DNA from: Candidatus Aldehydirespirator sp.
Lineage (GTDB): Bacteria; Actinomycetota; Acidimicrobiia; Acidimicrobiales; Aldehydirespiratoraceae
Length of the DNA stretch: 64,000 bases
Assembly: GCA_965203635.1 (NCBI GenBank)
Contig: OZ241903.1
Coordinates: 292,232-356,231, forward strand
Direction of reading: 5' to 3'
Shown here: piece by piece, positions 1 to 10,783 of the stretch
Layout of the letters: every line of letters starts with the position of its first letter
How positions within the stretch are numbered: position 1 is the first letter of the stretch
The notes under the pieces: model-generated
The model's input: the letters and a program-made list of their open reading frames with translations, nothing else
Told to the model about the DNA's origin: nothing
Database searches by the model: none
Program-made: the position numbers and the translations under genes

Positions 1-738
1 CTCCGACGCGGCCGCGTCGAGCAGCGCACCGTAGAGCCGAGCCTCGGTGTAGCGGGGCAGCAGCGCCTCCAGCACCGCCTCGGGGGACGGTTCGAACTCG
101 AAGCTCCCCTCCCGGCCGGTGCCCGAGCCCTCCCTGGCCATCATGTCGGTGTCGACCAGGGGCAGGAAGCGCCGCACCACCACCCGCTGGGTGCCCATCG
201 ACACGAACTCCGTGTAGATGAGCTCCACCTGGTCGACCGCCTCTGAGAGGAACGACTCGCTGACGGTCTCAGCGATGCGGCGGGCGTCGTCATAGGACGG
301 GTTGTCGCTGAAACCCGACATGGCGTTGTCGATGCGATAGTTGCGGAAGCGGAAGTAGCTGGCCGACTTGCGGCCCACGCAGCACAGCGAATAGCCCTTG
401 CCCTCCGACATGTGGGCCATCACCTGACGCTCGGCGGTGCGGATGACCGAGGTGTTGTAGGCCCCGGCCAGGCCGCGGTCGCCGGTGATGATGATGAACC
501 CGACGTTCCGCACTTCCGGCGCCTGCCGCAGCAGCGGGTGGTCGACTTCGGCCCCTCCCGCGGCCAGATCCTCGATCACGCTGGTGATCAGCCTGGCGTA
601 GGGCCGGGCCGCGTTGGCCCGCTGCATGGCCTTCACCACCCGGGTGGCCGCGATCAACTCCATGGCGCGGGTGATCTTCTTGGTGGACTGGATGCTGCCG
701 ATGCGCCGGCGCAGCTCGCGTTCTCTGCCTCCAGGCAC
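1..738 (-). CDS. atpG: F0F1 ATP synthase gamma subunit (3' part runs off the window)
   Basis: My own minus-strand translation from GTG at 738 gives VPGGRERELRRRIGSIQSTKKITRAMELIAATRVVKA..., a typical gamma N-terminus. It lies directly downstream of atpA. Confidence 0.85.
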   Translation of the reverse strand, partial: MPGGRERELRRRIGSIQSTKKITRAMELIAATRVVKAMQRANAARPYARLITSVIEDLAAGGAEVDHPLLRQAPEVRNVGFIIITGDRGLAGAYNTSVIRTAERQVMAHMSEGKGYSLCCVGRKSASYFRFRNYRIDNAMSGFSDNPSYDDARRIAETVSESFLSEAVDQVELIYTEFVSMGTQRVVVRRFLPLVDTDMMAREGSGTGREGSFEFEPSPEAVLEALLPRYTEARLYGALLDAAASE

Positions 739-785
739 GTTCGACCCTTATTCCCCTATTGCCCTACTTCGGTGTCCCCGAGCCC

Positions 786-2420
786 TCAGCCCTCGTCCCG
801 GCTCAGGTCCTCTTCGGGCAGGGTGGTCTCGGCGTCCACCATGGTGGCCTGCTCCGCACCCTGCTCGACCGCGTCGGGCTCGGTTCCCGCCACGGCCTCC
901 GAGGTCTCGAACTGGTCGGCGAAAGCCTTCACCCGGGCGTCGAAGTCGTCGGTGTCGGAGATGGCCCCGCTGTCGCGGATCTCGGCCAGCGTGGCGGCCT
1001 CCCGGCTGCGGAACCAGTCGAGCAGCTCGCTCTCGAACCGACGCACGTCGCCGATGGGCACACCGTCGAGGTAGCCGTGGGTGCCGGCGTAGATCGACAC
1101 CACCTGCTCCTCCACCGGCAGCGGGCTGTTCACGCCCTGTTTGAGCAGCTCGGTGAGGCGGTAGCCCCGCTCGAGCTGGGCCTTCGACACTGCGTCAAGA
1201 TCGGAGCCGAAGGCCGCGAAGGCCTCCAGTTCCCGGAACTGCTGGAGGTCGCCCTTGAGGGTGCCCACCGCGGTCTTCATGGCCTTCACCTGGGCCGCGC
1301 CTCCCACCCGGCTGACCGAGATGCCGACGTCCACCGCGGGGCGGATGCCCGACTTGAACAGATCGTCCTGCAGGAAGATCTGGCCGTCGGTGATGGAGAT
1401 CACGTTGGTGGGGATGTAGGCCGACACGTCGCCGGCCTTGGTCTCGATCACCGGCAGCGCGGTGAGCGATCCCGCGCCCCGGTCGTCGCTGAGCTTGGCC
1501 GCCCGCTCCAGCAGGCGGCTGTGGAGGTAGAACACGTCGCCCGGATAGGCCTCACGGCCCGGCGGCCGGCGCAGCAGCAGCGACACCTGGCGGTAGGCCT
1601 CGGCCTGCTTGGACAGGTCGTCGTAGATGACCAGGGCGTGCTCGCCGTTCTCCATCCAGTGCTGGCCCATGGCGCAGCCGGCGTAGGGGGCCAGGTACTT
1701 GTAGGGGGCGGGGTCCGACGCCGGGGCCACCACCACCACCGTGTAGTCCATGGCCCCGAGCTCGTCGAGGGTGGCCACCGCCTGGGCCACGGTCGAGGCC
1801 TTCTGGCCGATGGCGACGTAGATGCAATTCACGTTGAGGCCGCGCTGGTTCAGGATGGTGTCGAGCGCGATCGTGGTCTTGCCCGTCTTGCGGTCGCCGA
1901 TGATCAGCTCGCGCTGGCCCCGGCCGATGGGGATGAGAGAGTCGATGGACTTGATGCCGGTCTGCATCGGCTCGTGCACCGGCTTGCGGCCGGTGATGCC
2001 CGGCGCCTGGATCTCCATGCGCCTCGGGATCGGGTTGGACAGGGGTCCCTTGCCGTCCACCGGCTCGCCCAGCGGGTTGACCACCCGGCCGAGCAGGCCG
2101 TCGCCCACCGGGATCGACAGGATGTCGCCGGTGGCCTGCACCGGCTGGCCCTCCTCGATGCCCTCCACATCGCCGAGGACCACCGCGCCGATCGAGGTCT
2201 CGTCGAGGTTCAGCGCCAGGCCGACGGCGCCGTTGGCGAAGCGCAGCATCTCGTTGACGGCCGCGTCGGGCAGCCCCGACACGCGGGCGATGCCGTCACC
2301 CACCTCCAGCACGCGGCCCACCGTGGACTGCTCCAGCGCGGGGGTGAACCCCTCGAGGTTCTGGCGGATGGCAGCCGCGATGTCCGCGGTGTTGATCGTC
2401 AGTTGTGCCGTGTCGCTCAT
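786..2420 (-). CDS. atpA: F0F1 ATP synthase alpha subunit
   Basis: 544-aa ORF with Walker [10 protein letters not shown] and alpha-subunit sequence throughout. Confidence 0.97.
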   Translation of the reverse strand: MSDTAQLTINTADIAAAIRQNLEGFTPALEQSTVGRVLEVGDGIARVSGLPDAAVNEMLRFANGAVGLALNLDETSIGAVVLGDVEGIEEGQPVQATGDILSIPVGDGLLGRVVNPLGEPVDGKGPLSNPIPRRMEIQAPGITGRKPVHEPMQTGIKSIDSLIPIGRGQRELIIGDRKTGKTTIALDTILNQRGLNVNCIYVAIGQKASTVAQAVATLDELGAMDYTVVVVAPASDPAPYKYLAPYAGCAMGQHWMENGEHALVIYDDLSKQAEAYRQVSLLLRRPPGREAYPGDVFYLHSRLLERAAKLSDDRGAGSLTALPVIETKAGDVSAYIPTNVISITDGQIFLQDDLFKSGIRPAVDVGISVSRVGGAAQVKAMKTAVGTLKGDLQQFRELEAFAAFGSDLDAVSKAQLERGYRLTELLKQGVNSPLPVEEQVVSIYAGTHGYLDGVPIGDVRRFESELLDWFRSREAATLAEIRDSGAISDTDDFDARVKAFADQFETSEAVAGTEPDAVEQGAEQATMVDAETTLPEEDLSRDEG

Positions 2421-2472
2421 GTCAGGTCATCCATGTTGGGTCGCTCAATCTCCTAGGTAACGGCCCGACCGC

Positions 2473-3015
2473 TCAGCCGAGGCCGCTTCGCATCTGCTGC
2501 AGGCGGCTGCGCACGCTGCCGTCGATCACGTCGTCGCCGATCTCGGTGACCACGCCGCCAACCACGCCGGGATCGACGATGGCCTGGATCTCCACATCAA
2601 GCCCCGAAGAGGCCTTGATGGCCTCGGTCAGCCGGGATCGCTGCTCGCCGGTGAGCTCCACTGCGCTGCGCACCCGAGCCACCCGCCGGTTTCGGCCGGC
2701 CGCGGCCCGGTCGATGGCGGCGTCGATGATCTCGACGAGCTCGCCGCCACGGCCTGCACCGACCACCAGCGACACCAGCGCCGCGGTCGCGGGGAGAGCC
2801 TTGCCTCCGAGCAGGTCCTCGGTGATCTGCAGCCGGCGCTCCACGTCGATGACTGAGTCGGCGAGGGTGGACTGCAACTCGTCGCTAGAGCGCAGGGCAT
2901 CGGCGAAGCGGGCCAGCTCGGACTCGACTTCGGCCTGGGCGCCCTCGGCGCGGGCCACCGCCAGCACGGCGTCGGCGTAGCCGCCGATGCGGTCGGAGGC
3001 GGACTGGTCGGCCAT
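2473..3015 (-). CDS. atpH: F0F1 ATP synthase delta (OSCP) subunit
   Basis: 180-aa ORF between atpF and atpA with an OSCP-like C-terminus (VVGGVVTEIGDDVIDGSVRSRL). Confidence 0.8.
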   Translation of the reverse strand: MADQSASDRIGGYADAVLAVARAEGAQAEVESELARFADALRSSDELQSTLADSVIDVERRLQITEDLLGGKALPATAALVSLVVGAGRGGELVEIIDAAIDRAAAGRNRRVARVRSAVELTGEQRSRLTEAIKASSGLDVEIQAIVDPGVVGGVVTEIGDDVIDGSVRSRLQQMRSGLG

Positions 3016-3078
3016 CGCTCAGACCCTGCCGATGGCCCGGGGATCAGCGTCCCGTAGGTGCCCGGCCGGTGTCACCGT

Positions 3079-3864
3079 TCAGCTCCCGTTCCCGTTGCTG
3101 CCTGCGCCGGCCACCTCGTCGATGTAGCCGTCGATCAGGGAGCGGTGAACGTCCGCGTCGAGGCTGGCGCCCACCACCCGCTCGGCTGCGCCCACCGCGA
3201 TGGCGGCCACCTCGGTGCGCAGGTCGTCTATGGCCTGGCGGCGGCTCGACTCGATGTCGGCCGCAGCCCGGGCCCGCTGCTCGGCGATGTCGGCCTCGGC
3301 GCGGGCCTGCAGGTCCTGGCGGAGCTGGTCGGCCTGGCCACGGGCCTCGTCGATGATGGCAGCCGCGGCCGACTTGGCCTCGGCCAGCTGGGCCTCGTAC
3401 TCGGACTTGGTCCGCATGGCGTCCGCCTTGGCGGTGTCGGCCGCGTCGAGGTCGGCCCGGATCTTCTCGGAGCGGGCGTCCATGGCCCGCTTGACGGCGG
3501 GGAAGCCCTTCCACCACATGAACGCGAAGAGGATCACGAAGGCCAAGCCGCCCCAGATGATCTCTTCGAGCGCGGGGAAGATCGGGTTCGGGGATTGGAG
3601 GCATCTTTCCAGATCCGTCTCCAAGGCCGCCAGGTCCTCGGAGGGGAGTGCCTTGACGGCCTCGAGGCTGCCGTGATCCTCCTTGGCTTCCGCCACCTCG
3701 GCGAGGACGCATCCGCCGATCGTCTCGCCCGCGGCCCACGCGGGCGCGGCCGCAACCAGCGCCGCAAGGGCGAGCAGGCCGAGAACGGCGGGCACCCGCC
3801 GGGTCGCTCGCCTCATGAACTGGCCACTCGGCCGTGCACCGAGCGGCAGGATCGTTGGTCTCAT
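3079..3864 (-). CDS. atpF: F0F1 ATP synthase b subunit with an N-terminal extension of about 85 aa
   Basis: A TM helix (IIWGGLAFVILFAFMWW) is followed by a long Ala/Glu/Arg-rich coiled coil. The start is 14 nt after the atpE stop. The extension has a signal-like hydrophobic stretch. Confidence 0.75.
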   Translation of the reverse strand: MRPTILPLGARPSGQFMRRATRRVPAVLGLLALAALVAAAPAWAAGETIGGCVLAEVAEAKEDHGSLEAVKALPSEDLAALETDLERCLQSPNPIFPALEEIIWGGLAFVILFAFMWWKGFPAVKRAMDARSEKIRADLDAADTAKADAMRTKSEYEAQLAEAKSAAAAIIDEARGQADQLRQDLQARAEADIAEQRARAAADIESSRRQAIDDLRTEVAAIAVGAAERVVGASLDADVHRSLIDGYIDEVAGAGSNGNGS

Positions 3865-3878
3865 GGGGGCGCCCCGGA

Positions 3879-5466
<1,588 letters not shown>

Positions 5467-5512
5467 GACGCGCTCCAAGTCCCCAAGCCGGCGTGGCTGG
5501 CGGCAACGGCGC

Positions 5513-5812
5513 TCACGACGCGCCCCGAGCCTCGGTACCGGTGTCGGCGTAGCCCGCACGCCGGCTGTCAAGGGCCTCGTCCATGGCCTCCCCGTAGCCT
5601 CGGGCGAAGCTCCACACTTGGTAGCCGAGGACCACCAGCACCAGTACCGCCGTCACCAGCGGGAACGTGCCGAGACGCCCGTCGACGAGCCAGCCGCCGA
5701 ACCCGAAGATGGCAGGGGTGGCGATCATCTCGAACGCCTTGGCCAGCGCGTCGCCCGCGCCGGCACGGATCTCGGCCGCGCCAGCGCGAGGATTCGCCTC
5801 AGTGTGTTCCAT
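5513..5812 (-). CDS. AtpZ/AtpI-family putative F0F1 accessory membrane protein
   Basis: Internal ATG at 5812 gives MEHTEANPRAG...FEMIATPAIFGFGGWLVDGRLGTFPLVTAVLVLVVLGYQVW, a two-TM protein at the head of the atp operon. Confidence 0.55.
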   Translation of the reverse strand: MEHTEANPRAGAAEIRAGAGDALAKAFEMIATPAIFGFGGWLVDGRLGTFPLVTAVLVLVVLGYQVWSFARGYGEAMDEALDSRRAGYADTGTEARGAS

Positions 5813-5841
5813 CGCCGACGGTGCCCGCGGACCCTGCGTGT

Positions 5842-6099
5842 CTACTCGCGGCCCTTGCGGCGGCCGTAGCGACGCTCGAAGCGCTCGACCCGGCCCGCGG
5901 TGTCGACGATCTGCATCGTCCCGGTGAAGAACGGGTGGCTGGCGCTGGAAATCTCCACCTTGGCCAGCGGGTACGTGTTGCCGTCGGACCACTCGATGGT
6001 GTCGTCGGTGGCAATAGTCGAACGAGTGAGGAACGACGTGCCGGCGGACTGGTCGGAGAAGACGACCAGCCGGTACTCGGGGTGTATATCGGTCTTCAT
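5842..6099 (-). CDS. rpmE: 50S ribosomal protein L31 (type B-like)
   Basis: [16 protein letters not shown]...HPFFTG, from the ATG at 6099. Confidence 0.9.
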   Translation of the reverse strand: MKTDIHPEYRLVVFSDQSAGTSFLTRSTIATDDTIEWSDGNTYPLAKVEISSASHPFFTGTMQIVDTAGRVERFERRYGRRKGRE

Positions 6100-6182
6100 C
6101 GGGGCACCAGTCTGTAAGTCGGGCGGGCCGGTCACAACCCCGGCGGCAACGAACTTTCACCCATTTCCGCGTGGAGCCGCGA

Positions 6183-7715
6183 TCAGCGCAGCAATTCCGA
6201 ATTAGAGGCGGTGCTGCGCAGCTTGGAGAGGGCCGTCTCCAGGGCCTTCACGACGGCCCCCGGATCGTCCTCCGCACCGCCGGTGAAGCTGCGCCGCAGG
6301 TCCTGGAGAGCCTGAACCTCGTCCGCGTCGATGAAGCGGTCCTCGTCGCGCGACACGGAGGCGCTCACGTCGATGGCCGGGAACAGACCGAGTTGCGCCG
6401 CCCACCGGTCGAGCCGGATCTCGGTGTTGGCCGTGCCTACGAACTCGTCGCTCAGGACGCCGGGCAGCGAGCTCGAGCCGTCGGAGACGATGGAGGCGAT
6501 CATGGTGAGGGAACCGTCTTCGGAGACGTTGCGGCCCGCTCCGAAGAGCTTCTTGGGCATGTGCACGGCGCCGCTCTCGACGTTGCCGCTGTAGGCCCGT
6601 CCCGCGTTCGACAGTGCAGCGTTGTAGGCCTGGGCCAGGGAGGTGAGGCTGTCGAGCACCACCGCCACGTTGCGTCCGGACTCGACGAGGCGCTTGACCC
6701 GCTCGATGGTCATCTCGGCCGTCTGCACGTGCTCCTCGGGGGTCTGGTCGAACGACGTGGCCGCCACATCGCCGTTGCGGACGCACCGCCGCACATCGGT
6801 GATGTCTTCGGGCCGCTGGTCGAGGAACAGACCCATCACGAATATGTCCGGCTCGTTCGTCTCGATCGCGGTGATCAGAGAGGTGAGCAGCTCGGAGGCT
6901 CCGGACCGCCGGGGCCCGCTCACCAGGACTCGCTGGCCGATGCCGATCGGCGCGACCAGATCGATGAGCCGGGCCGTGATCGCGTCGGGATCCTCGGGCT
7001 GCTCGAGCATCAGGCGTCGCACGGCGTGGATCGGGGTGAGGCTCTCGAACTGCGGACGATCCGACAATTCAGCGGGGCCGTCGTTGATCGACTCCAGCGT
7101 GAGCAGGGCAGGGTTCTTCTCGGCCCGGTTGGCCGGCCGCGACGTGCCCGTGAGGTGGTCGCCGCGTCGCAGGCCGTACTGGCGGATCGTCTTGACCGGC
7201 ACGTAGGCGTCGTTGCGGTTCGGCAAGCAGCCGTCGACCCGGAGGAACCCGTAGCCCTCGTCGCGCAGATCCAGGCGACCCGCGACCGCGACGGGGTCGC
7301 CGTCCCAACTGTCGTCACGGTCGCGGTCGCGATCGCGGCTGCGGCGGCGCCGGCGCCGGTTGCCCGGATCCACCTCGTCGTCACCGCGGTCCGACGTGCG
7401 GCTCTCCTCACGGTTGCCGGTCGCCGATCCTTCGCCGTTCTGATCGCCGTCGCGCCCGGTGGCCGGGGCGTTGTCCGTAGACCGCGGTCCTTGATCGGCC
7501 TTGCCCGATCCGCCCGGCGCGGCTTCAGCCGGCGGGCCCTCGCTCGCCGGCTGGGAGATCCTGGCGCCGTCGGCGGTCAGGTCGATGATCAGCTGGATGA
7601 TCTCGTCCTTGCGGGCCCGGCTGGAGGGCTTGGCCCCCAGAGCGGCGGCGATCTGATTGAGTTCGCCACGATCTTTGCGTTGCAGCGTGGACCGCCGCAT
7701 CTCGGTCGCTTCCAC
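6183..7715 (-). CDS. rho: Transcription termination factor Rho homologue with an RD-rich insert and degenerate ATPase motifs
   Basis: N-terminal Rho_N, an R/D/G-rich insertion, a CSD-like RNA-binding core (YGFLRV, RRGD), then a RecA-like domain colinear with E. coli and M. tuberculosis Rho. Canonical position between thrC and rpmE. Confidence 0.85.
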   Translation of the reverse strand: MEATEMRRSTLQRKDRGELNQIAAALGAKPSSRARKDEIIQLIIDLTADGARISQPASEGPPAEAAPGGSGKADQGPRSTDNAPATGRDGDQNGEGSATGNREESRTSDRGDDEVDPGNRRRRRRSRDRDRDRDDSWDGDPVAVAGRLDLRDEGYGFLRVDGCLPNRNDAYVPVKTIRQYGLRRGDHLTGTSRPANRAEKNPALLTLESINDGPAELSDRPQFESLTPIHAVRRLMLEQPEDPDAITARLIDLVAPIGIGQRVLVSGPRRSGASELLTSLITAIETNEPDIFVMGLFLDQRPEDITDVRRCVRNGDVAATSFDQTPEEHVQTAEMTIERVKRLVESGRNVAVVLDSLTSLAQAYNAALSNAGRAYSGNVESGAVHMPKKLFGAGRNVSEDGSLTMIASIVSDGSSSLPGVLSDEFVGTANTEIRLDRWAAQLGLFPAIDVSASVSRDEDRFIDADEVQALQDLRRSFTGGAEDDPGAVVKALETALSKLRSTASNSELLR

Positions 7716-7878
7716 GGATGAATTCCCCGGTTGTCGGACTCAAGCATCCCGGCTCGGCGAAGCGACGCATCACGAGCCGGAGAAGCAGCCATCACGCCGA
7801 AGGCGCGAGGCGCTCAGCGAAGGCTACGCAGCAAAGGGCCGTCGCTGCAACCAGCACGGCAGGGGTTCAGCCTCGGAC

Positions 7879-9276
7879 TTAGTCCCTCCGCGCCGAGCGC
7901 ACGAAGTCCTCGACCGCGTCGATGCGGTTCGGCAACGAGGTGCAGCGCTCAGGGAGGTCGGCCACGGCTGCCAGCGCCGGGGGCGGATCCGGCAGGCATC
8001 CGGTCGCGTTCAGGACCGCATCGGGGAACTTGGCCGGATGCGCCGTGGCCAGCGACACCACCAGCTCGCCCGGCCGGCGGCAGCGTTCGGCCACGCCTAC
8101 CCCGACCGCGGTGTGGGGGTCGATGAACATCTGTGACTTGGCATGGACGCGGCCCATCACATCGAGCGTCTCGGAGTCGTCGAGACGGTCGCCGGCGAAC
8201 TCCGCCCTCAGGCGCTCGTGCTGCTCCGTGCTCAACCCGGCCCGGCCTTCGGCCCGGAAACGGGCGAGCAGGGCGGCCGTGGCTGCTCCGTCGCCGTCGA
8301 ACAGCTCGGACAGCAGGCGCTCGAGATTGGACGAGATCTGGATGTCCATGCTGGGCGAGAGCGTGGGCACCACGTCGTGGGCGGCCAGCTCCCCGGTCTC
8401 GATGAGCCGGCTGAGGATGTCGTTGGTGTTGGAGGCGATCAGAAGGCGTTCCGTTGGCAGTCCCATGCGGCGGGCGTAGTGCCCCGCCAGCACGTTGCCG
8501 AAGTTGCCGGTGGGAACGCAGAACGTGACCGGCCGATCATCGGCCAGTCGCCGGGCCGCCCAGACGTAGTAGACGACCTGGGCCGCCACCCGGGCCCAAT
8601 TGATGGAGTTGACCGCGGCCAGCTTCGACTCGGTGCGGAACGGCTCGTCCGCGAACATGGCCTTCACCAGGTCCTGGCAGTCGTCGAAGGTTCCGTCGAC
8701 GGCAACCGCATGGACGTTGGGCGCGTCCAGCGTGGTCATCTGGCGTCGCTGGATCTCGCTGGTGCGCCCGGCGGGGTGCAGCACCACGATGTCGAGGCGG
8801 TCGCGGCCGGCCACCGCCTCCATGGCCGCGGAGCCGGTGTCGCCCGAGGTGGCCGCAACGATCATGGCCCGGTCGTCGCGGCGCTCCAGTTCGTGATCGA
8901 ACAGCCGGGCCACCACCTGCAGGGCGATGTCCTTGAAGGCGAACGTGGGCCCGTGGAACAGCTCGAGCAGCCAGTGGTCGTCGTCGAGGGCGACCAGCGG
9001 GCACACGTCGGGGTGGTCGAAGGTGGTGTAGGCGTCGGCAACCAGTGACGCCAGCTCGTCGTCGTCGACCGCTCCGCCCACGTAGGGAGCCATGATGCGG
9101 GCGGCCAGTTCGGCGTAGCTCAGGTTGCGGGCCTCGGGGCCGGCGGCCTCGGGCAGTTTGGGCACGTGTTCGGGGATGTAGAGGCCCCCGTCGGCTGCGA
9201 GCCCGCCCAGCAGCACCTCGTCGAACGCGAGACGGTCGCCGTGACCCGGCTCCGACCGGGTGCTCATGTACCGCAT
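7879..9276 (-). CDS. thrC: Threonine synthase
   Basis: Starts MRYMSTRSEP... at 9276, 5 nt after the hom stop. PLP-Lys motif FHGPTFAFKDIALQ. The upstream part of the 715-aa ORF overlaps hom and is a shadow. Confidence 0.92.
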   Translation of the reverse strand: MRYMSTRSEPGHGDRLAFDEVLLGGLAADGGLYIPEHVPKLPEAAGPEARNLSYAELAARIMAPYVGGAVDDDELASLVADAYTTFDHPDVCPLVALDDDHWLLELFHGPTFAFKDIALQVVARLFDHELERRDDRAMIVAATSGDTGSAAMEAVAGRDRLDIVVLHPAGRTSEIQRRQMTTLDAPNVHAVAVDGTFDDCQDLVKAMFADEPFRTESKLAAVNSINWARVAAQVVYYVWAARRLADDRPVTFCVPTGNFGNVLAGHYARRMGLPTERLLIASNTNDILSRLIETGELAAHDVVPTLSPSMDIQISSNLERLLSELFDGDGAATAALLARFRAEGRAGLSTEQHERLRAEFAGDRLDDSETLDVMGRVHAKSQMFIDPHTAVGVGVAERCRRPGELVVSLATAHPAKFPDAVLNATGCLPDPPPALAAVADLPERCTSLPNRIDAVEDFVRSARRD

Positions 9277-9280
9277 GGCG

Positions 9281-10588
9281 CTACTGAGGGTTCTCGTCCC
9301 CGACGACCCGGATGACGTTGCCCAGTTCGTGGACCGCCTCCAGGCCGCGGAGGTCGCGCAGCGTGGCCTGCAGGTCGCTCTCGCGGCACTCGTGGGTGAT
9401 GAACACGAGGCGGGCGTCGTCGCCCAGGCCGTGCTGCTCCATGGAACGGATGGACACTCCGTGGCGTCCGAACACGTCGGCCACCGAGGCCAGCACGCCG
9501 GGCCGGTCGGCGACCTCCAAGCCGATGTAGTACTCGGACCGCAGGTCGTCGATAGAGCGGATGCGGGCCCGGACGAGCCGCCCGATCCGGCCCGGACCGC
9601 CCGAGGTGAGGTTGACGGCCGCGTCGACGAGGTCGCCCAGAACGGCTCCGGCGGTGGGTCGGCCGCCGGCGCCCCGGCCGTAGAACATGAGCTCACCGAC
9701 CGCGTCGCCCTGGATGAACACGGCGTTGAAGCTGTCGCGCACGCTGGCCAGCGGGTGCTGCACGGGCACCATGGCCGGATGGACCCGCACGGCCACCTCC
9801 GGCGGCTCGCCGTTGCCCCACCCGGTGCGCTCGGCCACCGCGACGGCCTTGACCGCGTAGCCCAGACGCCGGGCCATCTCGATGTCGTGGAGGGTGATCC
9901 GGGCGATTCCCTCGTGGTAGACGTCGCCGGCCACCACCACTGCGCCGAAGGCGACGGTGGCGATGATGGCGGCCTTGGCACCGGCGTCGAACCCCTCGAC
10001 ATCCGCGGTGGGATCGCGCTCGGCATAGCCGAGGCTCTGGGCCTCGCTCAACGCCTCGGCGTAGCTGGCACCGCCCTCGGACATCTGGGTGAGGATGTAG
10101 TTGGTCGTGCCGTTGACGATGCCCATGATCCGCTGCACCGGCTCAGCCGCCAGCGACTCCCGGAGGGGACGGATAAGGGGGATGGCCCCCGCGACGGCGG
10201 CCTCGAACAGCAGATCGACACCGGCGTCGTCGGCGGCCTCGAACAGCTCCGCGCCGTAGTTGGCCAGCAGCTCCTTGTTGCCCGTCACGACCGGCTTGCC
10301 CTGCGCGATGGCGTCGTGCAGCAGGCTGCGGGCCGGCTCGATCCCGCCGATGACTTCCACCACGATGTCGATCTCGGGATCCGAGACGATCGCGGCCGCG
10401 TCGGTGCAGAACACCGACGGGTCGATGTTCAGGCCGCGGTCCTTGGAGATGGAGCGCACCGCGATCCTGGTGATCTCCAGCCCGATGCCGGTGCGGGTCG
10501 CCACTGTGTCGCGCTGCTCGTCGAGCAGCGTCACGAGAGCGGCGCCCACGTTGCCGCAGCCGAGGAGTCCGATACGGAGCCGGTTCAC
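9281..10588 (-). CDS. hom: Homoserine dehydrogenase
   Basis: 435 aa with N-terminal GLLGCGNVG Rossmann motif and a C-terminal ACT-like domain. Confidence 0.95.
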   Translation of the reverse strand: MNRLRIGLLGCGNVGAALVTLLDEQRDTVATRTGIGLEITRIAVRSISKDRGLNIDPSVFCTDAAAIVSDPEIDIVVEVIGGIEPARSLLHDAIAQGKPVVTGNKELLANYGAELFEAADDAGVDLLFEAAVAGAIPLIRPLRESLAAEPVQRIMGIVNGTTNYILTQMSEGGASYAEALSEAQSLGYAERDPTADVEGFDAGAKAAIIATVAFGAVVVAGDVYHEGIARITLHDIEMARRLGYAVKAVAVAERTGWGNGEPPEVAVRVHPAMVPVQHPLASVRDSFNAVFIQGDAVGELMFYGRGAGGRPTAGAVLGDLVDAAVNLTSGGPGRIGRLVRARIRSIDDLRSEYYIGLEVADRPGVLASVADVFGRHGVSIRSMEQHGLGDDARLVFITHECRESDLQATLRDLRGLEAVHELGNVIRVVGDENPQ

Positions 10589-10783
10589 CCCTCCAAGCTA
10601 CAGCCCACTCGCTACGGGCCGGGCCTCGGACGGGTCGTCACAAGCGGCTAGCGCCAGCCGGCCTTCGTTTCGAGCGCGGCGGTGCGCTCACCAAGTACAG
10701 AGATCAATGCAATCAACATGAGATACATTGTATAACATGGTTGAGACACCGGCAACCAGGACCATTCACATATACTGAGATTC

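Noticed and set aside
759-2456. 565-aa plus-strand ORF antisense to atpA. Similar long antisense ORFs occur at 39796-41901, 56317-58020, 6171-7721 and 9260-10651.
   Set aside because: Each exactly mirrors a well-supported gene on the other strand and has low-complexity R/G/H/D composition. These are GC-driven open frames, not genes.
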